A stretch of DNA of 64,000 nucleotides from Macrostomum lignano. Taxonomy: Eukaryota. Each line of letters starts with the position of its first letter. Within the stretch, counting starts at the first letter, position 1. The DNA lies in assembly GCA_002269645.1 (NCBI GenBank), contig NIVC01003977.1, positions 2,880 to 66,879 on the forward strand, written 5' to 3'. Below the pieces are notes generated by a model. The model worked only from the letters and a program-made list of their open reading frames with translations. It did not search any database and was not told the DNA's origin. Positions 1 to 12,733 of this stretch are shown piece after piece. The position numbers and the translations under genes were made by a program.

Positions 1-497
1 GCAGACACAAATAGACAGACAGACAGTCAGACAGACAGACAGTTTAGAACAACAGTTTAGATTTAAATGAAAAACGCTGCATGCAGTCAATAATAACACG
101 GATTTTCAACCGCAATAACAGAGCGGGACCAATAAGACAAAACAGCGTCTATCATACAAAAAGTGAGCGAGCGTTCTATTTGTCACCGCGGTGCAGGAAT
201 CAGCGCACACAAAAACTGTTCGCATTTCGGAGAAGTGAAATACAGTCATAAGCACAGGGGTCAGTAGTTGAGCCGGGATGAAAAACCGTAACAAACGACA
301 AGTGCAAAAACAGTGCAAAATACAAAAATTGACTCAGATTAGCAGGGAGGTTTGCTGAAAAGTGCTATGAAAATTGAAACTCCGGCACAATAAATGTCAT
401 GAATTAAATTCAACACGAGCGGCAAGGCTCAAGGGCTCAGCTGGTTGGTTCTACTCCAGCACTCCAGTGGGCACAGCTAAATTTACTTTTCATAGCT

Positions 498-1066
498 GAG
501 GGAGACCTAATGAGACAGATGAGGGAGATCTAATGCGATTAGATGAGAGAGATCTAATGAGATTAGATGATAGAGACGTAATGAGACAGGTGAAGGACAC
601 CTAATGAGACAGGTGAGGGAGACCTAATGAGACCGTTGAGGGAGACCTAATGAGACAGGTGAGAGAGCCCTAATGAGACAGGTGAGAGCGACCTAATGAG
701 ACAGGTGAGAGCGACCTAATGAGACAGGTGAGAGAGACCTAATGTTACAGGTGAGAGAGACCTAATGTTACAGGTGAGAGAGACCTAATGTTACAGGTGA
801 GAGAGACCTAATGTTACAGGTGAGAGAGACCTAATGAGACAGGTGAGAGAGACCTAATGTTACAGGTGAGAGAGACCTAATGTTACAGGTGAGAGAGACC
901 TAATGAGACAGGTGACAGAGCCCTAATGAGACAGGTGAGAGACCTAATGAGACAGGTGAGAGAGACCTAATGAGACAGGTGAGAGAGACCTAATGAGACA
1001 GGTGAGAGACCTAATGAGACAGGTGAGAGACCTAATGAGACAGGTGAGAGACCTAATGAGACAGAT
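498..1066. repeat. ~21-bp minisatellite (GAGAGACCTAATGAGACAGGT)n
   Basis: Directly visible tandem array with variant units (ATGTTACAGG vs ATGAGACAGG). Confidence 0.95.
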
Positions 1067-1710
1067 AAGGGAGGCAACTACACCGAACCAGGTTGAGCAA
1101 GCCAAGAAAGTAATTAACTAGATAACAATAATACTAGATGATTTTTTTTAAAAACTATGAAAAAATTAACAGAATTTGATAATGAAAAAAGCTTTGGAAA
1201 AGGGCCGCAGAAAAGACTCTATATTGCAGATTTGTATTCATAAAAAATCAAAAAGAGAACTCAAAAAAAACTATTTTTTGCAACGAATACAAGTAACAGA
1301 TCGAGCAAGTATAATAATACAATTCGTATGATATAAAAACAAAAGGAAGAATTCATGCTTAGGTAATTAAGCAAATAAATCAATCAAAATCTGAGCTGAT
1401 TATTTTAGTTTTGTCACCTGCACTTTTCTTGAGCGTCGATTTGACGATTGTAAAAAAAGCACCTAATAGGTAGTAATTTATATATAGCTAATAAAAAACT
1501 GACTTAGCACAGTGCGCTACTAACAGTAGCAGGGAAAAAGTTTACGATAAACGAATATAAATAGATGTACATGGCGCGCGCAAAATAACACCACGCTTGT
1601 TTAATTAGTAATAGGCGAGACGACTTCGGCGGTTGACTAAATAAATAAACGAGAATACAAATGATAAGTAAAAAGAGCGCTATATATAGCATGCTTGCCA
1701 TGGCTCAGCC

Positions 1711-2090
1711 AAGGACAACTAGGACAATCTGGACTGATAGCTTCTCAAAATATTCAAAGACAACTAAGTAAGACAATCCTGGACTGATAGCTTCTCCTCA
1801 AAGATTAAATTCAAGGACAACTAAGTAGACAATCCTGGACTGATAGCTTCTCCTCAAAGATTAAATTCAAGGACAACTAAGTAAGACAATCCTGGACTGA
1901 AAGCTTCTCCTCCAAGATTAAATTCAAGGACAACTAAGTAAGACAATCCTGGACTGAAAGCTTCTCCTCCAAGATTAAATTCAAGGACAACTAAGTAAGA
2001 CAATCCTGGACTGAAAGCTTCTCCTCAAAGATTAAATTCAAGGACAACTAAGTAGACAATCTGGACTGATAGCTTCTCAAAAATTAAATT
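1711..2090. repeat. ~57-bp tandem repeat (CAAGGACAACTAAGTAAGACAATCCTGGACTG...AAGATTAAATT), about 7 copies
   Basis: Directly visible tandem copies. Confidence 0.92.
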
Positions 2091-2806
2091 AAAGGACGAC
2101 TTAAGTAGGGAGGACAGGAAACTTTATTTCTTAGAAAACTCACTACTCCAAGACTTTTAAATGGAGCACTTGTACTTTTATTAATATACAAGACGTCTAG
2201 ACAAATATTTAGCAGAAATTTTCACAGGTTTCCCGACCCTGAGTATTTTTTAAGTCAGAAGGGGGCTATATCCGAAGCCCAGATCTCCAGCTCACTCTGA
2301 CTCAACAGCGCCAATAGATGAAGAATATCAATAGATTATTATTACAAAACTTGAAACACGATACAAAAAAGCAGAGCAAATTGAACTAACAAAGAAACAC
2401 AAGAATTGCAGAAGAAAAAGCACAACAAACTAGAAATAAACTGCAATAAAAGTTGAGAACTGAAAAATGGTATTATAAAAGCAGAAACCGGATCGCTGGG
2501 GATGGGATGGAGCTAATCATAAAGCAAGTTATGCTGTTCTAGACCAGATTAGAATTATATTGTATTAATAACTATAAACGCAAAACAAAAATCAATGCAT
2601 ATAAATATGCTTTATATACAGTCATCAAAACTTAGGTACTTTTTGGACAACCGATAAGACGCTGAAATCATCGAAATCAACTCAAGAATATAAAAAGAGT
2701 TTCTGAATCAAAACTAAACAAACGATTGAAACTGAAAATACACCAATAATACATCCTGACTTTTTATTCCAGCTTTATTTAGTTTAAAGGCAATCTTTCT
2801 CTTCAA

Positions 2807-3108
2807 GAGGGGTTGCAGCCTAGTGGTTAGAGTGTCTGACTCATGACCAAAGGTCGGGGGTTCGATTCCGATCCCACTGGAACAATTTGTGTCCCTGAGC
2901 AAGACAACTCTGCATTGCTTCAGTTCACCCAGCTGTAAAATGGGTGCCAGCATTAGCTGGGGTAACTGAGGGTGTGTGGCGACCCCCAGTCCTTGGACTG
3001 GACAGCCGTACGCAGCCTTCAGATGCGCCGTGCAATAGCTGCGGCTGAGCTTTCGGCTGCTCATCTAGCCGAATTGGGGCAGGTGTAGTTAATTATGAAT
3101 TATTATTA
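2807..3108 (+). mobile_element. tRNA-derived SINE with CORE/MIR-like central domain (family A, copy 1)
   Basis: A-box-like TAGTGGTTAGAG, B-box GGTTCGATTCC, core GTCCCTGAGCAAGAC...CAGCTGTAAAATGGG and (ATT)n tail. 10-bp TSD TTCTCTTCAA at 2797-2806 and 3109-3118. Homologous to the copies at 7055 and 56.2 kb. Confidence 0.9.
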
Positions 3109-3519
3109 TTCTCTTCAAAGATACTGGCAATTTGTCCTCTAATCTTCCCTAAGCTGTTTGTCAGTTTGTCGCGCCTCTCCCAGACCTTTGACGCGCACAC
3201 ATCTCGATCTACAACACCTGAGCCTCACAGGCGCAGGCACAGATACTATAAACACTAGACAGGCCACTCCAGCCAATCCTCACAACACGACAGTTTACTC
3301 CACTTTCTGCTTAGTAGTAGTAAAAACATTTTAGCGTTATTTATATTTTTTTAAAATAAAAAAACAGATGAATGCAATGCAGCAATTGTATTGATTTTTT
3401 GCAAAAAGAAACTTATAATTATACTTTCCACAATTCAAAGCAACATTGTGAATGCTTTAGATTGCATAGAAGGCTATATTATTGCAGTCTACTATTGTAT
3501 ATTTAGCAAATACGAGCTA

Positions 3520-4797
3520 TATCATATACTCCATAATCCATATTCGTGAAGCAAAATAGAAAGATTTCTCATCTTAATCAGCTCATCTGTTTGTGAAACT
3601 CGCAGCGTGCTGTCGAAGAACAGGGTCGCCAGTCGCCCTTGTTCAGAGGCAGCATTCAGAACGGCCCAACAGATGAAAAAAACTGGCGAATGCGCCACTT
3701 CAAGGTCCAGGGATGTATCCGATGGAGCCAATCCTCAGTGGTTTCGTAACAGGCAGCCGATAAGCAGCAGGACTTTTGTGGTGCAGCTGCAATGAGCTGC
3801 TGATGAGATGACATCCTTTGACCAGAGCACCCCTGACTGCGAGCGCCCTGCCGCCCAGTCGACCGCTGGAAGCTGCGCTAGCCACGCCTCCACAGTCCAT
3901 GGATGCACGACTGCGCTGCACTTGCCTTGACCATCGAGAGTTGCCGCTGCAGCCGCTTGATTTGCCTGTCGCTTTCGGGATTGCCGCTGCAGCCGCTTGA
4001 TTTGCCTGTCGCTTTCGGGATTGCCGCTGCAGCCGCTTGATTTGCCTGTCGCTTTCGGGATTGCCGCTGCAGCCGCTTGATTTGCCTGTCGCTTTCGGGA
4101 TTGCCGCTGCAGCCGCTTGATTCGCCTGTCACTTTCGGGATTGCCGCTGCAGCCGCTTGATTCGCCTGTCACTTTCGGGATCGTTGCTGCAGCCGCTTGA
4201 TTCGCCTGTCACTTTCGGGATCGTTGCTGCAGCCGCTTGATCTTTGCCTCTAGCGCTTGGAACCCGCGAATCGGCTGCAGAGGTGAGAGCTTTCAGCCGC
4301 AACAGCTGTTCTCGGCGCAGAATCTGGTAGCCGAAGGTTGCTCTGCCACAGCACTGGCAGCAGGCAAGTCGCAGGCTCGGCTGCAGATAGATTGCTAATT
4401 GGCCCCAGCACTGGAGGTACATGTCGTCTGCCTCTTCATCGTTTATCAGTCCTTTGCACAGAGGGTAGCTGGTCTATTTGAACGAGCCGAGGCAGCATCA
4501 ACTCTTGGTGTGGGATTGCGTCCCAGCGAAAACAGATGTCTTGCACATCCGTGGCACTTTGTAAGGCAGCAGTAGGCCTCGTCCATAAAGTGCAAGCTGA
4601 ACACACGGAGGCCCCGTGATTTAATTGTTTATAAAGATCAATATCCACGCTCCTGTAGTAGCTGCTGCCAGCGCTTCGCCAGTGTCATCTTTTGGTAATT
4701 TATGCATTCGCAACGGATTTTTCTTTCTCGGATGTTAATAGCACTAGTACAAAGCTCGTGCAAGTGGGAGCACAGCAGTGGTTCGAATCAAAACATT
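3520..4797 (-). pseudogene. Decayed THAP-domain / P-element(THAP9)-like transposase relic
   Basis: Frameshifted pieces in the expected order: THAP-like HCCAPTC...RMHKLPKDD/LAKRWQQ...RVFSLHF (4.8-4.55 kb), then SLQLHHKSPAAYRL...IPG and RLATLFFDS (3.8-3.6 kb). These resemble the P-element transposase N-terminus and first catalytic Asp. Stops, frameshifts and a 40-bp array interrupt it; no TIRs found. Confidence 0.6.
3941..4242. repeat. 40-bp tandem repeat (GCCGCTGCAGCCGCTTGATTTGCCTGTCGCTTTCGGGATT), about 7 copies, inside the transposase relic
   Basis: Directly visible. Confidence 0.95.
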
Positions 4798-5307
4798 TCT
4801 CGAGTACAAGATTAGATAGAAAAGCTAGTATGCACTCGAACTTTCTTTAACTCTGACTCTTGTCCTGTTCATCTATATAAGCTTGTATTTAAGCACGATT
4901 CGCCACCCCCAAATTTTCTAACCCACAACCTCTCAACCCCCACCCCACCCCTAACCCAGGCTAGCTATGTGCAGTCCTTTATTTTCTATCCCACCACCAG
5001 TAGGCCTAAATTATCGATCCACTCACCCTGCCTTATACGAAACTGATATTAACCCTATTCCAGACTACCCCCCTTCCTCCACTTTGAAAGATAGCGGCAT
5101 TGCACACTGTCTGTCGCGTCTTAATGTACACCATTACTGCACAAAACAAGTTAGTTGTTTATGGCGTTAGCAAAACGATGTCTTAAAAACAGTCACTCGA
5201 TTTGTCTAATTTAGCAAATAATACTGTTGCTTCCTTTCATTGCTACTAAGCAGAAAGTAGAATAAAAAACTTGCCCAGAAAATTAGCCTGAGTGGCCTAT
5301 CTAGTGT

Positions 5308-7038
5308 TTATAGTATCTGTGGGCGCAGGTAGCCGCCTTCTGCCTGGCCGCCGTCTGGGAAGCCGTCAATCAGCTGGGAGCCCAGCGGTTGCAGCTCATG
5401 GCCGGAGCCGCCAAGCGCCCCACTGCCGAACGAGGAGCCCAGGCCTCCGCCGCCGCCGCACCGGCTGGACGAGCTGAGGCAGGACTCGCTGCCTTCGTCC
5501 GCTTCACCCACTGACGATAGCGAAGCCTGCGCCGGCTGATGCTGCAGCTCCTCGGATTCGGCAACTGCGGCGTCGGCGGAGGCCAGCAGTTCGCCGGAGT
5601 CCGGGCAGCGCAGTCGATGGGCCCGGACCTCGCCAATCAGCTGACTGCGCCGGCTAATCAAGTGCGACACCGTGGACTCCAGCTGGGCATTGTCGGACTC
5701 CAGGCCGCGTACAGCCTCAGTGAGGCATTCGATGCGATCTTGGCGCTTCTTGCGGCACTTGGCTGCGGCCACTCGATTGCGCTCGCGGCGCTTCTCCCGG
5801 CGCTGCAACTCCTCCGGCTGGCTCTGGCGGAGAAGGGCAGGCGGACAGGCCAATGCGCGACACAAAGCACAAACATTTCAAACAAAATGCTAACCGTTTT
5901 TTCAGGACATTAGGTGGGTGCACACGGGGAACCAGCGTGGTAGCGCCATCATGGAGGCGCTTAGCCTGGCAAGGAGGCGCCATCGTGGGGGCGCCAGCAA
6001 CAGCAGTAAGTACTCTACCCTCTCCAGCCATTCATTCAGTAAGCACCCTACCCTCTCCAGCCATTCATTCAGTAAGCACCCTACCCTCTCCAGCCATTCA
6101 TTCAGCAAACACCCTACCCTCTCCAGCCATTCATTCAGCAAGCACCCTACCCTCTCCAGCTACTTTTTCAGCAAGCACCCTATCCTCAAAAGATCATTAA
6201 TTCAGTAAGCGCAGCTACCCTTTCTAATAATTAATTCAGCAAGCGATGCTCTCCAATGCTTTATGACGCTGCCCCAACCCAACCAATTAGGGATCAGGCT
6301 ATCCTAAGCAACTACAAAGTAAAATTAAAGCAATATAACCTAACCAACCTTAGCCGTTTTACTCCAAAATTTCCGACCTCCGCCAGTGCCGGTGGCCGCG
6401 CCGCTTCGCTGCTTCTTCGACGACCGACTTTTTGTTAAAGCTCCGCTGGTGCCGCCATCAACAGCTGCTAGCAGATTCGAATCTCCATCATCGCCAGTGT
6501 CATCAATCTCGTCTTCATCGTTATCGTCTTGATCAACATCTTCGTTGAAATGGGCGCCTAAAGGCTCTGACTGGACGGTAGGCGGCGGCGGAGGCTGCTG
6601 CTGATGGTGCTGCAGCAGGGGCTCGGTGAGCGGCAGCTGTAGCTGTTGCACATAGTGCTCTTGCGGATGCTGGAAATGATGCTGATGATGCTGATGATGC
6701 AAATGATGAGGCATATCAGCATAGCCTTGGCCGCCTAACAATGGGCCATTGGAAAGTACAATTGGCTTCAGTATGAGCCCCGGCTCAAGCGACTGCTGGT
6801 GCGGCTGGTGATGATGCGGCTGCTGCACCGGATGCTGCTGGTAGCAGCTAGCCGCCGATAAGTAGGCTCCGCCGCTGCTGCCGCCGCTGGCGTCGATGCA
6901 AAAATTTGCCGAATTGTATCCCGCATTAATATTGGTTGTCATGACAACGATTCCGCCGCTGCCGACGCCGGAACTGGGAACTGCTGCGGAGCCGCTGATT
7001 TCAGTTGGGCTTCGGGCAGCAGAGTCGGAGTAGATGAC
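5308..7038 (-). CDS. bZIP transcription factor, Fos/ATF3/JDP2-like (5' end uncertain)
   Basis: Exon 7038-6349 (acceptor TTTCAG; first in-frame ATG at 6942; donor AAG|GTTGGT) is spliced in phase 0 to exon 5823-5308. Basic region EKRRERNRVAAAKCRKKR, five heptad leucines, then HxxxC as in the Fos/ATF3 group. His/Gln-rich and acidic N-terminal region. Confidence 0.88.
6005..6245. repeat. 33-bp intronic tandem repeat (AGCACCCTACCCTCTCCAGCCATTCATTCAGYA)
   Basis: Visible tandem copies in the bZIP intron. Confidence 0.9.
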
Positions 7039-7054
7039 CTGAAATTCGAATAGT

Positions 7055-7366
7055 TGTAGCCTAGTGGTCAGAGCGTCGGACTTACGACTTGAATGTCGAG
7101 GGTTCGATTCCTGATCCCACTCGGAACAATTTGTGTCCTTGAGCAAGACACTCAACTCTGCATTGCTTCAGTCCACCTAGCTGTAAAAAGGGTGCCAGCA
7201 TTAGCTGGGGTAATTGAGGGTGTGTGCCCCCCCCTCCCCAGTCCTTGGACTGAACAGCCATACGCAGCCTTCAGATGCACCGTGCAATAGCTGGCTGAGC
7301 TGTCGATTGCACAAATGGCCGATAGGGCAGGTATAATCAATCATTATCATTATTATTATTATCATT
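7055..7366 (+). mobile_element. tRNA-derived CORE-like SINE (family A, copy 2)
   Basis: Same head, core and tail as 2807-3108. 7-bp TSD GAATAGT at 7048-7054 and 7367-7373. Confidence 0.9.
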
Positions 7367-7891
7367 GAATAGTACATTGATGCCCAATGGAAACTAAATT
7401 CTTGTAGGTCTGGTGTTTAGCATACATTTTTATACACTTATTTCATACTAATATGCCATTAACTAAAATTTACAGATAGGCTTACCAATTTGGGATATTT
7501 TTAAAAAATAATTTTTTTTTATTACAGAAATATAGACCTTCCCTATCCACATTGAGTAATTTGATGAGCATAATGCTTAATGATGTGTTTATTATCATAG
7601 AAAAGACAATATTTCTAATATATTGTAGATTATAAAATTCTAATTTAATAGACAAAGTGACCAAAGATCAGATGACATTTTATACAATTTCCATGGGCAT
7701 GATTATTAGATAACACAATTATTTATTTTGCCATACATGTAGGCTATAACCATTAATATAGATGACTAGAGATAGGGTAACATCTGTATATATATATATT
7801 TAAATACATTAGAAAAAATGATATAGAAAAAGAAAAAAGTAGCTATAAATATAGGTTAGGCCTATCTTGTTAAAAAATGTGTTATTACTTC

Positions 7892-8107
7892 AGCAAGCCT
7901 AGGCCTAGAGTCTAATATAAAACAACATAGGTTTATTAGCTTTTGTTAGAATATATTTGTCAAAGCAAGCCTAGGCCTAGAGTCTAATATAAAACAACAT
8001 AGGTTTATTAGCTTTTGTTAGAATATATTTGTCAAAGCAAGCCTAGGCCTAGAGTCTAATATAAAACAACATAGGTTTACTAGCTTTTGTTAGAATATAT
8101 TTGTCAA
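7892..8107. repeat. 72-bp tandem repeat x3
   Basis: AGCAAGCCTAGGCCTAGAGTC...TTTGTCAA starts at 7892, 7964 and 8036. Confidence 0.92.
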
Positions 8108-8689
8108 AATATAGGAGGTTCTAAAATATAGACATCTTAGGCCTATCCCATGGACAGTTTAATTAGACTATTTATAATAAAATACATAGGCTAAACAATC
8201 AATTTTTGAGGGACTAATAAAAAACTATTACACTTTAAATATTATATACAATAAACACCCTTGAAATACCCAAAAAAATATAAAATTAAATACTTTTTAT
8301 CAGAATAAAGGGAATGACCAATAAATGCATATACCTTAGTCTAAATCTTACCTGGTAGTAACCTAGGCTATAGCTATAAGCTGTAGAGCCCTATTGCAAC
8401 AAAGGGTCAAATCATGTCAGATAGTTCTTTAGGTGTCCCAAACAAAGCTAGCCTAGCTTTCTTTGGTATAGACACTTGAATCTTTACATGCTAGCATGCC
8501 AATCAGCTTTTTAGTTACGAGTATACTAGACTATTATCATCACAAAAACTCTTTGCTTGCAATAAGGCTATAAAGATAAAATTTGATTCTTATTTTAGGA
8601 TAAAACTAGCAATCCAGCCCATTTGGGGAGTGCAAAAAAGAAAATGAAAATATGGCTAAAATACTAAAGAATAAACCCATGCTCCTAAT

Positions 8690-10220
8690 AAGCCTTGATA
8701 TCTCAGAAATTCCCCCAGCTACAAGCCTTGACATCTAAGAAACTCTTCCAATAAGCCTTGATCTCAACAATTCCCTCTGTAAGCCTTGACAACCCAGCAA
8801 TTCCCTTGTAAGACTGGACCTCCCAGCAATTCCCCTATAAGCCTTGACATCCCAGCCATTCCCTCCCATAAGCCTTGACATCTTAGTGATTCCCCCCATA
8901 AGCCTTAACATCTCAGCGATTCCCCCAGTAGTCTCAGCAATTCCCCAGTAACCTTTGACATCTTAGAAAGTTCCCCACTAAGCCTTGAAGTCTTAGCGAT
9001 TTCCTCACTAAGCCTCGATATCCCAGAACTTCCTCCCATAAGCCTTGACATCCTAGCAATTCCCCCAGCTACAAGCCTTGACATCTTAGAAACTCTCCCA
9101 GTAAGCCTTGACATCTCAACAATTCCCCCCATAAGCCTTGACATCTTAGCAATTTCCCACTAAGCCTTGACATCTTAGCAATTCTCCCAGCTGCAAGCCA
9201 TGACATCTTAGAAACTCTCCCAGTAAGAATTGACATCTTAACAATCCCCCTATAAGTCTTGACATCCCACCATTTTCCCTGTAAGCCTTGACATCCTAGC
9301 AATTCCCCCCATAAGCCTTGATATCCTAGCAATTCCCCCTATAAGCCTTGACATCCTAGCAATTCCCCCCATAAGCCTTGACATCTCAGCAATTCTCCTA
9401 GCTGCAAGCCTTGACATTTCAGCAATTCCCCCAGCTTGAGGCAATTCTCCCCATAAGTCTTGACATTTTAGCAATTTACGCACTAAGCCTTGACAGCCAA
9501 GCAACTTCTCTTTAGCCTCAATGTCTCAGCAATTCCCCTAGCTGTAAGCCTTGAAAATGACAACTTAGCAATGCTCCCAGTGGGGGCTATAGCCCAGTGG
9601 TCTAGTGCAAGCTCTGGTGTGCCAGCAACCCAGGCTGGATTCTAAGTGTAGTCACATTAATTTGGGGCTGAATTGGAATCTTGGCTTGGCTCTGCTTGTG
9701 CAATTAATGGCCTTGAGAGCCAACCCCCCCCCCCCAAGATGCAATGAAGTGTATATGCCTAATGATAAAATAAAGTTAGGGCCATTGTACACTCCTGTGT
9801 GAATGTGTGCCTGCGTATATATCAGCGCGCTTGTATGCCTGCTCAGGGGAGTCGGCGGAATGGGCAGTAATGCCTCTTGCTGGTTGTGTGCCTATGTCGC
9901 TTAAAGTGCGCCAGGGTGCACACAACCTCCCTGCCTCTAATAAATAATAATATGCTCCTAGTAAGCTTTGACATCTCAACAATCCCATCATAAGCCTTGA
10001 CATCTTAGCAACTGCCCCTGAAAGCCTTGAAAATGACATCTTAGCAATGCTTCCAGTAAGCCTTGACATCTTAACAATCCTCCCATAAACCTTGACATCT
10101 TAACAACTGCCCCTGTAAGCCTTGACATCCCAGCCATTCTCCCCATAAGCCTTGACATCCTAGCAATTCCCCCCATAAGCCTTGACATCTTAGCAATTCT
10201 CCCAGTAGTCTCAGCAATTC
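8690..10220. repeat. Degenerate ~30-bp minisatellite (TAAGCCTTGACATCTTAGCAATTCCCCCA)n, split by an insertion at 9582-9951
   Basis: Visible array on both sides of a unique insert. Confidence 0.92.
9582..9951 (+). mobile_element. Putative second tRNA-derived SINE (family B) inserted in the minisatellite
   Basis: Starts GGGGGCTATAGCCCAGTGG (tRNA-like 5' end and A box) with a degenerate B box. Ends in an AATAAATAATAAT tail and is flanked by ATGCTCC(C/T)AGT. The 3' motif GAGTCRGCGGAATGGGCAG...TGGTTGTG recurs at ~38.18 kb. Confidence 0.6.
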
Positions 10221-12733
10221 CGTCTGTTTGCACCTAGGCTAGCTTTCATTGATATATGCTTGTATATGCATTGTAGCACTTACAATTTAACACTCATATC
10301 ATATCAGTTAGAGTAAAACTCATGATGTAATTTATTTCTCAGTCAGTCAGTGTCAGTCACCATTAAAGTTAGCAATTCAATTGCACAATATCAATCAAGT
10401 CTTGTACTATATGCTTCCATATTGTGTATTTCAGACTGGCACAATTCAAGCCAGTGTGAATATTCAGCCAGTAAACAACAAAAAATAAAAAGCCTGATAT
10501 GATGCAATCTATTTCAGAATCAGAATTCAACCAGTCAGTTTTTTCTCTAGCATTTTTACAATGATTTTCAAGTCAAAATAGCTGTTTGACCTTTGCAAAA
10601 AGAATGTTTTTCGAATATTTAATCCTTTAGCATTGAGAAATCTCTTAGCCACAACCGTTTTTTCTGATTTTCTGATCAGGAAAAATTTCTGATTGAATGG
10701 TGCAAGTTTGGTGGAAATCAGTTGAGCCATTTTTCTATTTAGATATATAGATTTCTATTATCAATTGCACAGACAGACAGACAGAGACAGTTCAGATTTA
10801 AATACATAGATATATAGATATTTAAAATCAAATAAAAAAGGCCTTTTAATGTCATAATTGATCCTTTATTTTGCTAATCCTCTTTGAACTCCTATTGTGG
10901 TCATTTTTATAGAAAGTAACCTACTGAAATTTGAAAAAGTGTTGGTATACTAGTGCACATAGGCTCATATCTATTGCAAAAAGAGGGCTAGCTTTCTTTG
11001 GTATACTAGCATTTTTCTAATGCTTTAGCATTTAGTTTGGTACAAGATTTACTTAGAACTGCCTAGTACAATTTGAACTTTTGCTAGGCCTGTAAAAAAG
11101 TAACCCATAAAATTTTTAAACATTTATAAATGTCATGTTTATAGGCCTTATTATTACTATTAGAATAAATTCTAAAAATCAATACCATAGATACATGTTA
11201 AGAATCTAGAAAAATGAATCAAGGGTCTTATAGCAACAATAACAAAATGCATTGTCAGTCAGTTAACAGACAATGTCACAAGGCTTGTTTTAGGCTAAGG
11301 TGCAAACCTATAGTTTGGAAGATGACATATAGGCCTATTAGGATTTCCTAGTATACAATAAGGGTACTTGCCATTTTTTTTAGGATATATTAGCATATAT
11401 GATATAGTAGAAACCTTTAGCAAGCACTTAGTGAAACAGTTTCAATGACACATTTTTTAGACCCAGCATAAAAATAAGATTTTGCACTTTTTCCCTTGCT
11501 AACTAGGCATGGCTATACTAATATATCTTATAATCTAAACTATGAGTATAGTGCAAATGGTTTTTTTGGGGCCATATAGGGCCCTAAGGGTTTTTTGCCC
11601 CTTGAAAATTGTATTGGCAACAGGATTTTTGGTATCAGAGGCCAATCTGGCAACTTCATTTTCTTGTGCCAGTTGCCAATTTCAAAAAAAGATTTTGTAA
11701 ATGTATAAAGTACCATATAAATCAATAGGCCCTATGCTAGAATTTTTTGCTTGTTATTGTTTGCAGCATAGATAGCAATCTTAGAATTGAGAACAAATTT
11801 CTGCTTTTCAAATATAGCCTTGGAAATATCCATCCTCAAGAATTTGGCTAGTTGCCAATAGGCAACCAAAAATAGGCCTAGCCATTGGCAACTGGATTTT
11901 GAGCCCCAAGGGCAAGTTGGCAATTGGATTTCCAATCTTAAAAAAAAACCTAGGGTGCAAATATAAGCTACGAGTACATTGCTAACAGTGTCTAAGGCAT
12001 TAGCATCATCCAATAGGCAATTGACAAAACACTGAGTATATACCTACCCTTACTAATAAAGGCCTCATACCTACAACATTAATAGCAGCACTTTTTGTAT
12101 AATGTACACTACCAACTATAGGCAATACATTAATACAACTTAGCTTAGATGAAATGGCCTATTAGATAAAGTTGCCAATGGAGAGATAATATATGGCTTG
12201 CAAGACTACAAGTGCACATTAGCATATAAGTGTTTATGGCATTATTGCACACACAAAACGTGCTTCTATCATATTGTCATATCAACTAGCCAATAGTACA
12301 ACTCAATAAAAGACAAGTATTATAATGCATGCTGACCAATTGATAAGCATCCATAATTAGTCTATGACTATGGTAATTTGTCCAGTACAAATGGATAGGC
12401 CCCCCTAAAAAGAGTTGAGGGGCTGTTGAAAAAGCTGAGCTACAAAACTGTCTCAGTATGTCTTCATTCAATACTATGATTAATTTGTTTCAATTCCCAA
12501 CTTTTTATTCCTTGTATTACTGGCTTGACTAAATAAAAAATTGCTAACCTACTAAATGTTATACCGGGTACAATGTTTGACCTATCGTCATTTTTTCATT
12601 GTATGAAGCTGGCTTTTGCTTGGAATAGATAGGCCTATCACAAATCAAAACTGTCCAGCAATAAGTTTTTATAGGCCTATTTGTATTTTTTTATTCTTTA
12701 CTTGAAAGTATTCTAAATAATAAACCTATGGAA

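Noticed and set aside
2807-2880. tRNA gene (also at 7055, 9582, 56500, and B-box fragments at ~31690 and ~47630)
   Set aside because: The A/B boxes run into SINE bodies with tails and TSDs. The anticodon region differs between copies and no complete acceptor stem is evident.
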